DNA of 64,000 nt, taken from positions 1-64,000 of the IMG/VR virus record IMGVR_UViG_3300017917_002349. One strand, written 5' to 3'. Both the position numbers and the translations under genes were made by a program. The DNA is from a virus. Under the pieces are notes generated by a model, which did not search any database, had not been told where the DNA came from, and was given only the letters and a program-made list of their open reading frames with translations. Positions 29,101 to 38,409 of the stretch are shown here, one piece after another. Numbering within the stretch: the stretch's first letter is position 1; each line of letters opens with the position of its first letter.

Positions 29101-32100
29101 CAGCTTTGGTAGCTCCAGCAACTTCTTGGGTTGCCACAGCTTTGGTCACAGCTAGAACAGCACTAAATGATGCTAGAGCAGAAATTCAAACAGATGCTGT
29201 GCAATATGTCAAGAGAGAATTTCCAACTCTAAGCTTCAATGCTACAACCTGTTCAAGAGATGTGGGATATATCGTAGACGCTCTAGGATATGATCTCATG
29301 TTTGGTTCAAACTTTGCATCTGTCAAAGCAGGTATGGCCTATAGAAGAGGCACCACATCGGCATTGCTGGTAGTTGCTAATCAATTAGCCGCTACTCAGG
29401 CTATCATAGATTTTATTTCGGCCAAAGCCAAGAGAATCGCAGCCAGCGGTGCTAGTGTCTTATCCGGATTACTATGGGATGACATCATCAGTTATGTTAA
29501 TACAGGAACAAGACCAATTATCACAGGTAGAGTAACACCAACTACTGATCTTGATCAGATCAACGGTGGAAAGATACTAGAATTAAACCAAGACTTCCTA
29601 GCAGCAGAGGCTACAGCCTATGCAAATTACACATTTAAAACTACGGTTACTGCATCTACTGGAGGAGCCACTGATACATTTACCTGCTCATCACAAACTT
29701 GGATGGTAGCAGGCGACACTGTGAGATTCTCTGGTACAGTATTTGGAGGTGTTAATACCTCAACCACTTATTACATATTATCTAGTGGACTTACATCTAC
29801 TTCTTTCAAAGTATCATTGACCGCAGGCGGAACCGCAGTAGATCTGTCAACAACTTCAGGATCAATGATTGTTAGCTGGTACTATGATTCTGCAAGATGC
29901 CAGAACGATGTGAGAAATTATGTCAAAGCAATAGCAGCAGACCTAATGTACACAGGTAATTATAATTCAGTTTATGCAGCACGTTTCTACAGAAGCGCAT
30001 TAACTGGCTCTAAACTTGAAGATATGTTCTATGTCAAGAACGGCTGTGGAGTGAGAAATCACACATTGTTGGGTCTAGATGGTACATCGGACGGAAATAC
30101 CTCTGGTGCAGGAGACGCTGACGGACTAACAGCAGTAAACGAATATGGAACCAAGCGACCAATAGCTGGTGCATATGTTTCTCTAGATCCAGGTTTTGGA
30201 CCAAATGATTCTAGAGTATGGGTCACCAGTCGTTCTACCTATGTTCAAAACGTAACAACTTTCGGAACAGGTTGTACAGGACAAAAAATTGACGGTTCTC
30301 TACACAACGGAGGAGTTGATTCTATAGTTTCCAACGACTTTACTCAGGTGCTCAGCAACGGTATTGGTGCTTGGATCACTAACTTGGGCCGCGCAGAACT
30401 TGTTTCTGTGTTTACCTACTACAATCACATAGGTTACCTAGCTGAAAACGGCGGTAAGATCCGTGCTACCAACGGTAACAATTCTTATGGAGACTTTGGT
30501 TCTGTGTCAGAGGGTATTGACATTACTGAAACACCAGTAACAGGCCAAATCAATAATCGAGCCGAAGAAGCAGATGTTAGAAATGTACTAACTAACGGCA
30601 ACAACGTCTTAATCTATGAATTTGGCAATGCGGGTTCTAGCTATTCATCTGCTACAATTACCACTACCGGATCTGGTGCAGGAGTAACCACAGTAGCTAA
30701 CGAATTCCGTGATGGTGCAGTATTCCAGGTAAGACTAACTGATCCAGGCGACAGCTCGGGCACAGGCGGTACAGGATATGTCACAGCCAGCAACCTAGCA
30801 CAGACAGGTAATACCACACAGATCACTTTGGCCGCAGCAGATACCGCCACCAGTGCAACCTATGTTGGAATGAGTATCTATATTACTTCAGGCACAGGTG
30901 CTGGACAGTACGGATACATTAATACATATAATTCTGGTTCGAAGGTAGCTACGATTTATAAAGAATCAACTGGTACTGCAGGATGGGATCATGTTATTCC
31001 GGGTACTACAATCGCAGCATCATTAGATGTTACTTCGAATTATCAAATTACTCCTAGACTGACCTTTACAGATGCTCCATTCACCAAAACCATAGCCAAT
31101 ATCACAGCAGCGAATAATTGGACTGACGTGGTCTACGGTGACGGTTATGCGAGTTACACTGCGGTCAGTGCCACAGGCGGCTCGGGATCATTGGCTAGTT
31201 TTGATGTAAGCAGAAGGAACGGCACATATACAGTGTCTATTAATATTCCCGGAGCCCTTTATACTGTAGGCAACACATTAACAATATTAGGCACAGCGTT
31301 AGGAGGCACTACCCCAGCCAACGATTTGACTATTACAGTATCGACTGTTAACTCTCCTAGTGGTTCTATATCGTCAGTCACAGCTTCCGGAACAGCAATC
31401 ACTCCGAAGTATGTGGCCATTGCCAGCGGCACCACAGCAGGTGCCTACAGCAACGATGGTATAACTTGGACTGCGATGACTATGCCAACTGCTACCAGTG
31501 CTGGCGGCGGCGAACCAAACAACCAATGGTCAGCCATCGCATACGGTGTGGTCAGTAATGTCAGCTATTATGTAGCAGTTGCTAGAGCTACATCAGCTGC
31601 TGCCTACTCGAGAGATGGTATAAATTGGACAGCGGCTAACCTAGGTGAGGTCGCAGACTGGTGCGATATAGCCTATGGAAACGGTACATTCGTAGCCATC
31701 GCAGAAAGCGATTCTGCATCTGCATTCAGAGCAGTGTCTACTAACGGTGGTTCTACATGGAGTACAACCTCATTGGCCAACGGTGCTAAGGCGATCGCAT
31801 ATGGCGGGACTAGATTCGTGGAAGTTGAAGGTAACTTCTCAAACACTGTGGCATATTCTACCAGCGGTGTAGCATGGACAGTGACTACATTACCAAGTAA
31901 TAATGACTCTACAGAAAGTAACTGGGTCGACATTGCCTACGGTAATGGTAGATTTGTAGCGATTTCTGATAGTTCAGCAATGGCCGCATACAGTTTAGAT
32001 GGCATAACATGGACCAAAAGCAATCTTCCAGCTATCTACGAGTGGAGCTCGATCGGATATGCTCAGGGATTATTCTATGTGACCAGCCTAGGAGACTATG

Positions 32101-34469
32101 CAGCTAGTTCCCCAGATGGTGTAACTTGGACTCTAAGAGACGGTTCGACTGCTCAGCTCAATGTCACAGCCACAGCTAAAGATACTATTTCTGCTAGCTA
32201 TACAGAAACTGCAACATTGACTTCGGGCACCTGGACAGCAGTCATACATGATGGTACTAAGTTCTTAGCAGTAGGCTACAGCGGCGCAGCAGGTCTATAT
32301 GCGACCAGCACCACTGGCACTACATGGACTAATAGTACACTACCTACGGTCAGCGGAGCATTTGAATATACCGCAGTGGCCTATAACGGCAGCAATCAAT
32401 ATGTGGCATTGATAGGTGGCAGCGGAGGTACAAGGCACATAGCAACATCTTCCAATGCAACATCTTGGACTGGTACTGTTAATGCATTGACCGCTAACTC
32501 ATACTGGAAAGACATCGTCTATGGAGCAGGTCGTTATGTGGCTATCAGAGGCGATTCTGCAGCGGTCAACTATTCTACTAACGGAACATCTTGGACCAAC
32601 GCCACAGTCACATCAGGTTCTGGAGAAATGAGTGGTATCGCTTATGGTCAGATCAGCGGCGTTGATTATTTCGTAACAGTGGCAGGTTATTCTACAGGTA
32701 GTCAAGTATCATCATATTCTACCAACGGCGGCGTTACATGGACATCCGGCAGCACATTACCTAGCTCAGATTTCTGGGCAGATATAGCATTTGGAGGCGG
32801 AAGATTTGTAGCTGTTGCAGGCGGAACAACTAATGCAACAACCAAAGCAGCCTACAGTACCAACGGTACTACATGGACTGCGGCTACGATGCCAGGTGCA
32901 GCAGCCAGGTGGAATAGAATCGTGTATGGAGGTGGCGCATTCACAGCCTTTGCTTATAACAGCAATAGAACAGCCTACTCTACTAATGGAGTAACTTGGG
33001 TAGAAGGTCCTGCACAAGCAGCAACAAGGAACTGGGCCGAAGCTGCCTACGGAGGAACAAAACTTGTTTCTCTAGCCACAGGCACTACCACAGCTTCATA
33101 TGCTGATTTTGTATTGAATACTAATTATCTAACAACTTCTAGCACTACAGATCTAAGGGTAAATGACAGAGTACGATTCACAGGTGCTACCATAGGCGGA
33201 ATCGTACCAGATGTATACTATTACATAACCAGTATCTACAGTGCTACCCAATTTACTGTTTCGACTACCAGGGGTGGTTCAAATACAGTATTAAGCACTG
33301 GCAGCGGCACAGCACCGTTCAAGTCCAGCAGAGACTTTGTAGCGGCAGCACTGGGCAATTATCAGGGAACCCCAAATTGGGTGATTCTAGCTGCTAATAG
33401 TGCAAGTGTTCAAAATATTAGAACAGGTGCCAAAACCAGAGCCAGAGCGTATGTTGTGGACGGTGCTATTTCCGAAATCTGGATACACGAACCAGGTTCA
33501 GGATATGTTAGCGCACCTACTATGACCATCACTGATCCTAATAACACAGGAGCAGATGCTACAGTCACAGTGAGATTAGGCAATGGTGCTATAGCCCAAC
33601 CTATGTTTACTAATAGAGGTACTAGTTATACCGCAGCCGCAGCTGAAATTACCGGCAATGGTTATGCTGATAATTATCAAACCAGCGCATTCGTGGCATT
33701 TGCTAATCTAACAGGAATTCCTAAAGCGGGTTCAAACGTACAGATTGCAGGCATCGATGATGTGTGGTACAGACTGGTTAATGTAACAAATCTATTACCT
33801 AATTCGGACGGTACTTATAATTGTACACTACAGATCAGTCCTGCTATCGGTGCAGCAGAAGCCCCTGAACATCAGGCAGCTGTAACTATCCGTAGACGCT
33901 ACTCGCAGGTTCGACTCACAGGACACGATCTATTAGATATCGGTACCGGAGATTTTATCAACAGTAACTATCCAGGATTACCGCTGACAGATCCAATTCC
34001 TGCACAGGAATACAAGCAAAGCAACGGTGGTCGTGTGTTCTATACCTCAACTGACCAAGACGGTAACTTCCGAGTTGGTGGACTGTTCAACGTTGAACAG
34101 AGCACAGGTGTTGCAACATTGAATGCTGACGCATTTAATATCGCAGGTTTGAACGAACTTTCGTTGGGATCTGTGGCGCTGGGCGGTGCGGGTGCTACGA
34201 TTTCTGAGTTCTCAACTGATCCGTTCTTTACTCAGGATTCTGATTCTGTAGTACCTACGCAGAGAGCTATCAAAGCATATATTACTAGCCAAATTGGTGG
34301 CGGTGGTTCTAGCTTGAACGTAAATACCCTCACTGCAGGCGTGGTCTATATAGCTGGTCAAACGATAGCTACAACTACAAATGTCCAGATTAACATAAAT
34401 ACAAAGGTAAACTTCAAAGGCGGTATTGCTGGCGATGCACTTGTATTAAACTACTTTTTACTAAATTGA
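26115..34469 (+). CDS. Giant tail fibre/appendage protein, paralog of 20598, with four phycobiliprotein-like helical repeats
   Basis: 2784 aa with the same architecture as 20598, plus C-x-[RN]-D repeats with Cys at 27810, 28773, 29250 and 29898; TAAATA at 26080. Confidence 0.75.
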   Translation: MAEFKLGRIKFVWKNDWTTSTTYYKDDIIAYGGKTYLCVVGHTAAADFYTDLDNVPTKWNQFSDGQDWKGNWAATTLYKENDIVKYGGYIYICNNGHTSSSTLETNQADWDLLAEGFDWKGAWATSYTYKVNDLVKYGGLVYLCNTAHTSAATAALGLEQDSIKWDIFSKGVDWKGTWATSTRYKVGDLVKNGGNTYVCNQGHTSAATAALGLEADQSKWDYFNQGIDYKGTWATTTRYKHNDVVKYGGGTWICVTPHTSTSNFVSDNAYWNQFVEGVEFEGDWLSGTTYQPGDIVRYGGNSYIAKNVHVAGSTPPATPFDWDLFTTGFRLQGDWSSVTTYKIGEVVRNHGFTYVATADSTNQRPPNASYWSKLNEGIDWEGDWVSSHVYVLGDAVKYGPNSYICVQAHTSSTGADRPDNDTIGAYWNLLTAGNEESVLTTTGDLVYYSGGGPTRLPIGDEGQVLVVDSGLPTWKYFGKVKNVWYVAPHGVDEPAPTYGSTVDRPWASVRYACEQIENGTEYPEAAYLLRQNRTFIQREISKWVQYQISVGTGIWAGFVNDSAALCERDMGLIVDAIVYDLTHTGNVKSRTAALSYFDNAGALETFIADEYQQLVAAINYGVSLINSVLSNTAPAANYQALTGVAVNDRIKQIIDAGYTAEVGSADICEGLAAIITDAVTAQSITNLPIEDLPNYTINTKTGLYEEVLPIRVPSYTAVVGDELRSSRISPAGSLIGNNDKAKSVTVLTYLKSITDEIVTNVAVTPTTGNTETQDTTSQNEGNVGSSTAVTSVVNNTAEIKDILTNGLGAADAFVIPNPTNWGSSLTNTAYASTGNSSGATTTYDYARAQILANTAFLKAEITAWIAVQVAGNIAPFTSSFVYDSAKCARDVGYVLDAIRYDITYGGNTQTRIAADAYYSYGAATFGTGEKLQTIAAYNRLKTIVGQVVTEAAVTVSAGNALTQDTSGSPANTSAKNFAEERVQQIVDTITADGTLPALVAPATSWVATALVTARTALNDARAEIQTDAVQYVKREFPTLSFNATTCSRDVGYIVDALGYDLMFGSNFASVKAGMAYRRGTTSALLVVANQLAATQAIIDFISAKAKRIAASGASVLSGLLWDDIISYVNTGTRPIITGRVTPTTDLDQINGGKILELNQDFLAAEATAYANYTFKTTVTASTGGATDTFTCSSQTWMVAGDTVRFSGTVFGGVNTSTTYYILSSGLTSTSFKVSLTAGGTAVDLSTTSGSMIVSWYYDSARCQNDVRNYVKAIAADLMYTGNYNSVYAARFYRSALTGSKLEDMFYVKNGCGVRNHTLLGLDGTSDGNTSGAGDADGLTAVNEYGTKRPIAGAYVSLDPGFGPNDSRVWVTSRSTYVQNVTTFGTGCTGQKIDGSLHNGGVDSIVSNDFTQVLSNGIGAWITNLGRAELVSVFTYYNHIGYLAENGGKIRATNGNNSYGDFGSVSEGIDITETPVTGQINNRAEEADVRNVLTNGNNVLIYEFGNAGSSYSSATITTTGSGAGVTTVANEFRDGAVFQVRLTDPGDSSGTGGTGYVTASNLAQTGNTTQITLAAADTATSATYVGMSIYITSGTGAGQYGYINTYNSGSKVATIYKESTGTAGWDHVIPGTTIAASLDVTSNYQITPRLTFTDAPFTKTIANITAANNWTDVVYGDGYASYTAVSATGGSGSLASFDVSRRNGTYTVSINIPGALYTVGNTLTILGTALGGTTPANDLTITVSTVNSPSGSISSVTASGTAITPKYVAIASGTTAGAYSNDGITWTAMTMPTATSAGGGEPNNQWSAIAYGVVSNVSYYVAVARATSAAAYSRDGINWTAANLGEVADWCDIAYGNGTFVAIAESDSASAFRAVSTNGGSTWSTTSLANGAKAIAYGGTRFVEVEGNFSNTVAYSTSGVAWTVTTLPSNNDSTESNWVDIAYGNGRFVAISDSSAMAAYSLDGITWTKSNLPAIYEWSSIGYAQGLFYVTSLGDYAASSPDGVTWTLRDGSTAQLNVTATAKDTISASYTETATLTSGTWTAVIHDGTKFLAVGYSGAAGLYATSTTGTTWTNSTLPTVSGAFEYTAVAYNGSNQYVALIGGSGGTRHIATSSNATSWTGTVNALTANSYWKDIVYGAGRYVAIRGDSAAVNYSTNGTSWTNATVTSGSGEMSGIAYGQISGVDYFVTVAGYSTGSQVSSYSTNGGVTWTSGSTLPSSDFWADIAFGGGRFVAVAGGTTNATTKAAYSTNGTTWTAATMPGAAARWNRIVYGGGAFTAFAYNSNRTAYSTNGVTWVEGPAQAATRNWAEAAYGGTKLVSLATGTTTASYADFVLNTNYLTTSSTTDLRVNDRVRFTGATIGGIVPDVYYYITSIYSATQFTVSTTRGGSNTVLSTGSGTAPFKSSRDFVAAALGNYQGTPNWVILAANSASVQNIRTGAKTRARAYVVDGAISEIWIHEPGSGYVSAPTMTITDPNNTGADATVTVRLGNGAIAQPMFTNRGTSYTAAAAEITGNGYADNYQTSAFVAFANLTGIPKAGSNVQIAGIDDVWYRLVNVTNLLPNSDGTYNCTLQISPAIGAAEAPEHQAAVTIRRRYSQVRLTGHDLLDIGTGDFINSNYPGLPLTDPIPAQEYKQSNGGRVFYTSTDQDGNFRVGGLFNVEQSTGVATLNADAFNIAGLNELSLGSVALGGAGATISEFSTDPFFTQDSDSVVPTQRAIKAYITSQIGGGGSSLNVNTLTAGVVYIAGQTIATTTNVQININTKVNFKGGIAGDALVLNYFLLN

Positions 34470-34483
34470 CGGAGAAATTATAA

Positions 34484-34804
34484 ATGGCAACAGGAATTTT
34501 AGGTCAGGCAGCTTTATCAGCAGCTACTAACACGACCGTCTACACCGTTCCAGCGACGACTTTCACGGTGTTATCAGTCTCTATTACTAATAGAGGCAAC
34601 ACTACTGTTAGCGTGAGAGTAGCCTTAGCAGCCGCAGCATCGCCAACAACAGCAGAATATATCGAGTATGATGCACAAATTGGACCAAACGGTGTTTTAG
34701 AACGCACAGGTCTAATGATGAATGCAGGCAAACTTTTGGTCTGTTATGCCAGTAACGCTAACGTCAGTGTTAGCGCATTTGGTATAGAGACATCTACAGT
34801 ATAA
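34484..34804 (+). CDS. Small beta-rich virion protein
   Basis: TTVYTVPA...SVSITNRG...YIEYD...NGVLERTG. Confidence 0.6.
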   Translation: MATGILGQAALSAATNTTVYTVPATTFTVLSVSITNRGNTTVSVRVALAAAASPTTAEYIEYDAQIGPNGVLERTGLMMNAGKLLVCYASNANVSVSAFGIETSTV

Positions 34805-34821
34805 TAGGGGAGTAGAATAAA

Positions 34822-35148
34822 ATGGGAAGACAGGTAACATCGTTTGGTACCGACGCAGTTGTAAATAGAACCTTGACAACGTCAACCTCAGTGAATTCCA
34901 ATGAAAGAATTTTCGCTGATGCTACAGCAGGTGCATTTACACTTACGCTACCATCAAGTCCATCAGTCGGAGACACCATTCAGGTACTCGACGTAGCAGG
35001 AATCTTTTCTACAAACAACGTAACAGTTGCTAGAAACGGAAACAAGATTCAAAACTTATCAGAAGATTTAATTTTAAATCTAAACAATGCTGCGGTCACG
35101 ATGATCTTTAGTGGTTCAACCTACGGCTGGATCTTTATTGGACCATAA
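34822..35148 (+). CDS. Small fibre/baseplate adaptor-domain protein
   Basis: DATAGAFTLTLPSSPSVGD.I...D..G.F..NN.TV.RNG.KI, a domain common in T4-like fibres. Confidence 0.65.
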   Translation: MGRQVTSFGTDAVVNRTLTTSTSVNSNERIFADATAGAFTLTLPSSPSVGDTIQVLDVAGIFSTNNVTVARNGNKIQNLSEDLILNLNNAAVTMIFSGSTYGWIFIGP

Positions 35149-35161
35149 TTAGGAATATAAA

Positions 35162-36196
35162 ATGGCGAAACTTTCTGATCTACTTTCCTCAAGAGAGATC
35201 ACTGCCTATCAGGAAAATTTACCTAAAGGAAAAATTTTCACTGCGACTGGCCTCGGCGGCATGTATTCGTGTATTAGAACGGACATGCAATGGTGTTGGA
35301 ATTCGCCAGGTTGTGGTATAGCTGTGATCGAAGTTTGGGGTGCCGCTGGATCCGCATCATGTAATTGTTGTTGCGGTGTAGGCTTGCCTGGTAACACAGG
35401 AGCTTATCTTAAAAAGACTATAGCAGTAACTCCATGTAGTTTTGTTGCAGGACGTCCAGGCGTGCCCTGCAATGGAAATAGTAACTTTTCATTCACAGGA
35501 TGCTCTGAATCTTCATGCTTTGTATGGAGTGACGCCAGAGATCTTTGTGGAAATACCAACGGATGTCTGTGCGCACAAGGTGGCGCAGCAGGTAAGAGCT
35601 GCTGTTTTGACGGCGGATCACCTTTCTGTGCATTCTATTGCACAGGTTATTGTGGAACACTGATTGTTAATGGTGCTAACGTCTGTTGTGGAATTATCTG
35701 TAATAGATGTCCCGGATTAATGGTAGCCTGTGCATGGGGCGGCGACAATAACTGCTGCGGCATAGATGGAAAAATGGAATTCCGTGGATGCCAACACATG
35801 TGTACCTGCCAATTTATAGAATATGTGCCTTATTCCCCAGCCATATTCGCTGAAGAAGGCGGTTATCTAGTGTTTCCTGTAGAGAATGATCACGGAGACT
35901 CAAACTGGGCCGGTGCAGGTATGGGTGCAGCAGGTCACGTATTGAATTCAAGTTCTAAGTCACCGTCGGGAGGCAAGCCATGGAGTGCTTGCTGGAGAGG
36001 TGATAGATTCTGTACCTGTTATGAACATCATGCATGTATGAATTACATGCCCTACGGTGTGGCAGCCAGTGCAGCTACAGTATGTCCTGGTGTGAGAGAT
36101 GTAGGACGCAGAGGCGGTGCAGGTGCGATACGAATTACATATAGAGGAACTAATCCCAACGGCGAAGTACCAAAAAAACTAGGAGGTTCTCTATAA
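35162..36196 (+). CDS. Cys-rich, Gly-rich adhesin-like protein 1
   Basis: 34 Cys in 344 aa by hand count; IEVWGA.G..., GAY..K.I.V, C-terminal RGGAGAIRITY. Confidence 0.65.
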   Translation: MAKLSDLLSSREITAYQENLPKGKIFTATGLGGMYSCIRTDMQWCWNSPGCGIAVIEVWGAAGSASCNCCCGVGLPGNTGAYLKKTIAVTPCSFVAGRPGVPCNGNSNFSFTGCSESSCFVWSDARDLCGNTNGCLCAQGGAAGKSCCFDGGSPFCAFYCTGYCGTLIVNGANVCCGIICNRCPGLMVACAWGGDNNCCGIDGKMEFRGCQHMCTCQFIEYVPYSPAIFAEEGGYLVFPVENDHGDSNWAGAGMGAAGHVLNSSSKSPSGGKPWSACWRGDRFCTCYEHHACMNYMPYGVAASAATVCPGVRDVGRRGGAGAIRITYRGTNPNGEVPKKLGGSL

Positions 36197-37404
36197 TGGC
36201 ATTATTAACTCAATTATTGGGCAACAGAGAATTAGCCTACGAAGATCAATTAGAAAAAGGTCGTATTTGGGTCTACGGTGACGGCAATGAATACAGCGGT
36301 CTATGCAACGGTTTTTGTTGGAAAGCTCCAGGCTGCGGTAAGGTCATAATCGAAATCTACGGCCCAGGTGGAGGCACTGGCCGAGGCTGCTGCTGCGGAG
36401 GTGCTGTGGCAGGAAATCCAGGGGCCTATTCAAGAAAATGTATCTGTGTATGCCCTACAAACTTTATCTGTGGTAGCATTGGTAGAGGTTGCGGTAATAC
36501 ACCTGATTATGGCAGGGGCGATGACCCAGAATCAGTACAGTTATGCTGGTTTGGCTGCGCTCCAAATGCGTTATTTGAAGGCGGTCTAAATATTCAAGCA
36601 TCTTACAAGTCTTGGAAGGGCAATAACCCCTGGGGTTGGGGCAACGGTGAAACCTACGGTAATATCTCTCAGGTAGATGCCACTAGTAGATTTTTTACTC
36701 CCATGGATAAAACACAGGCCAAGAGAATCTGCTGTGCTGCAGGAGCCAGTGCAGGTTGCATGTGCGCCCAAGGTGGTACTGGTGGGGTATATTACTGTTC
36801 AAATGACGCTATGTCGTCTTATAACTGTTTTATAAGAAATCGTTTCTGCGGACAGTTGATCGGAACCATTGAAATGTGCGGTAGCTTGTCGTCAGCAAAC
36901 TGCGGTATTATCTGTAACGTAGGTGCAGAATGTGTGCAGTGGAACATGAGAGGTATCAAGTGTGCATTTGGCGGTGACCTAAACTGCTGCGGAACGTTTT
37001 CATGCACTAGATTCCTAGACTGTGTAAGAAATAACCAAAGCTGCCGTTATCAATATCAACAGCAGACACCAGCGATGATGTATGCCACAGAGGGTGGAGT
37101 ATACACTTATACCAGTGATCATGATAGTCCTAGTGCTAGAACATCAGGCACCAATGCTCTGGGACAGATGTCAGGCATACAAACACTGATGAGAGATCCT
37201 TCTTATATCCAACCAGTATGGTGCTGGAGTGGCGGTGTGGGCTGCGGTTGTTATGAAGCATTTGGCTGCGTGGCCTGGGCACCCGTGGGCATGGGTGGAT
37301 ATCCTTCACAGACCTGCGGCGACGTTCGAGATCATGGTGGTCGAGGTGGTAACGGTGCTGTAAGAATCAGATATACGCCAACAGATGGAGGCAACACGTA
37401 CTAA
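36196..37404 (+). CDS. Cys-rich, Gly-rich adhesin-like protein 2
   Basis: 35 Cys in 402 aa; same framework (IEIYGPGG, C.CAQGG, CGIICN, C.CY, RGGNGAVRIRY). Confidence 0.65.
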   Translation: MALLTQLLGNRELAYEDQLEKGRIWVYGDGNEYSGLCNGFCWKAPGCGKVIIEIYGPGGGTGRGCCCGGAVAGNPGAYSRKCICVCPTNFICGSIGRGCGNTPDYGRGDDPESVQLCWFGCAPNALFEGGLNIQASYKSWKGNNPWGWGNGETYGNISQVDATSRFFTPMDKTQAKRICCAAGASAGCMCAQGGTGGVYYCSNDAMSSYNCFIRNRFCGQLIGTIEMCGSLSSANCGIICNVGAECVQWNMRGIKCAFGGDLNCCGTFSCTRFLDCVRNNQSCRYQYQQQTPAMMYATEGGVYTYTSDHDSPSARTSGTNALGQMSGIQTLMRDPSYIQPVWCWSGGVGCGCYEAFGCVAWAPVGMGGYPSQTCGDVRDHGGRGGNGAVRIRYTPTDGGNTY

Positions 37405-37405
37405 T

Positions 37406-38407
37406 ATGGCTACCTTAAAATCATTAGTTGAAAATAAAATAAATCAGATTGATACCGACGAAATCAATCTAGAAAAAGGACAGGTATGGACATATGTGCC
37501 TTCCGGTTCCGCAGGTACTCAATTTTGGCCAAGCGGTATTTTTTGCTGGGTAGCACCGGGTACAGGTCGTGTAATAATTGACATCTGGGGTGCAGGCGGA
37601 AGTTCTGCTTCTATGAGATGTTGCGGTGCAGGTCTTCCTGGAAACCCAGGAGCATTTGCAAGGAAATGCATATGTGTTGTCGCAGGCTGTCAGATCTGTG
37701 GTCAGGTAGGTATCAGCTGCGGAAACCCAGAAACTTTCTGTTTCAAAGGCTGTTCAGAGCCTACACAAGTATGTTGGACAGGTAGAAATGCTATCACAGG
37801 CTCTGCCACCAACGGTTGTATGTGTGCCCAAGGCGGAAGAGGCGGCACAGCCTATTGTGCTCCAGGATCTGCAGCCATATTGTGCTGCTTCCAAAGCGGT
37901 GGTTTCTGTTTTACAAACTATTCTAACGGTACCTGTGGTATCGTATGTAACTATGGTTCGGGTACAGGATCATGCTGCGCAGAAGCCTATGGCGGAGACA
38001 TAAACAAACGTGGCGGATTCAGTTGTGCAACATTCTGGACCTGCTATTCAAATTGTCCATGCTCTACCCAAGGACACGTGGCTATTCCTCCAGGTCTATA
38101 TGCCTGCGATGGTGCTGTAGTAACACACGGATTTGAAGCTGATCAAGACTTTAGCCAATGGAACGGCTCTGGATATCATCAATTCATATTCATGCTCAAT
38201 GCCATGAGAAGAAGCCCATCAAGAGGTATTCCTATGGTTGCATGTTGGAGTTCGAACAAATCATGCGGCTGCTATCAGATGCAGGCCTGTATTCCATTTA
38301 TGCCCACAGGTACTGGCGGTGTAATGGGTACTCCATGCGGAGATCACTGCAACTTTGGATGGCGCGGCGGCTACGGAGCGGTTAGAATTAATTATATCTC
38401 GAGGTAA
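37406..38407 (+). CDS. Cys-rich, Gly-rich adhesin-like protein 3
   Basis: Start at MATLKSL (37406) by parallel with the paralogs; 32 Cys in 333 aa; RGGYGAVRINY end. Confidence 0.65.
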   Translation: MATLKSLVENKINQIDTDEINLEKGQVWTYVPSGSAGTQFWPSGIFCWVAPGTGRVIIDIWGAGGSSASMRCCGAGLPGNPGAFARKCICVVAGCQICGQVGISCGNPETFCFKGCSEPTQVCWTGRNAITGSATNGCMCAQGGRGGTAYCAPGSAAILCCFQSGGFCFTNYSNGTCGIVCNYGSGTGSCCAEAYGGDINKRGGFSCATFWTCYSNCPCSTQGHVAIPPGLYACDGAVVTHGFEADQDFSQWNGSGYHQFIFMLNAMRRSPSRGIPMVACWSSNKSCGCYQMQACIPFMPTGTGGVMGTPCGDHCNFGWRGGYGAVRINYISR

Positions 38408-38409
38408 AA

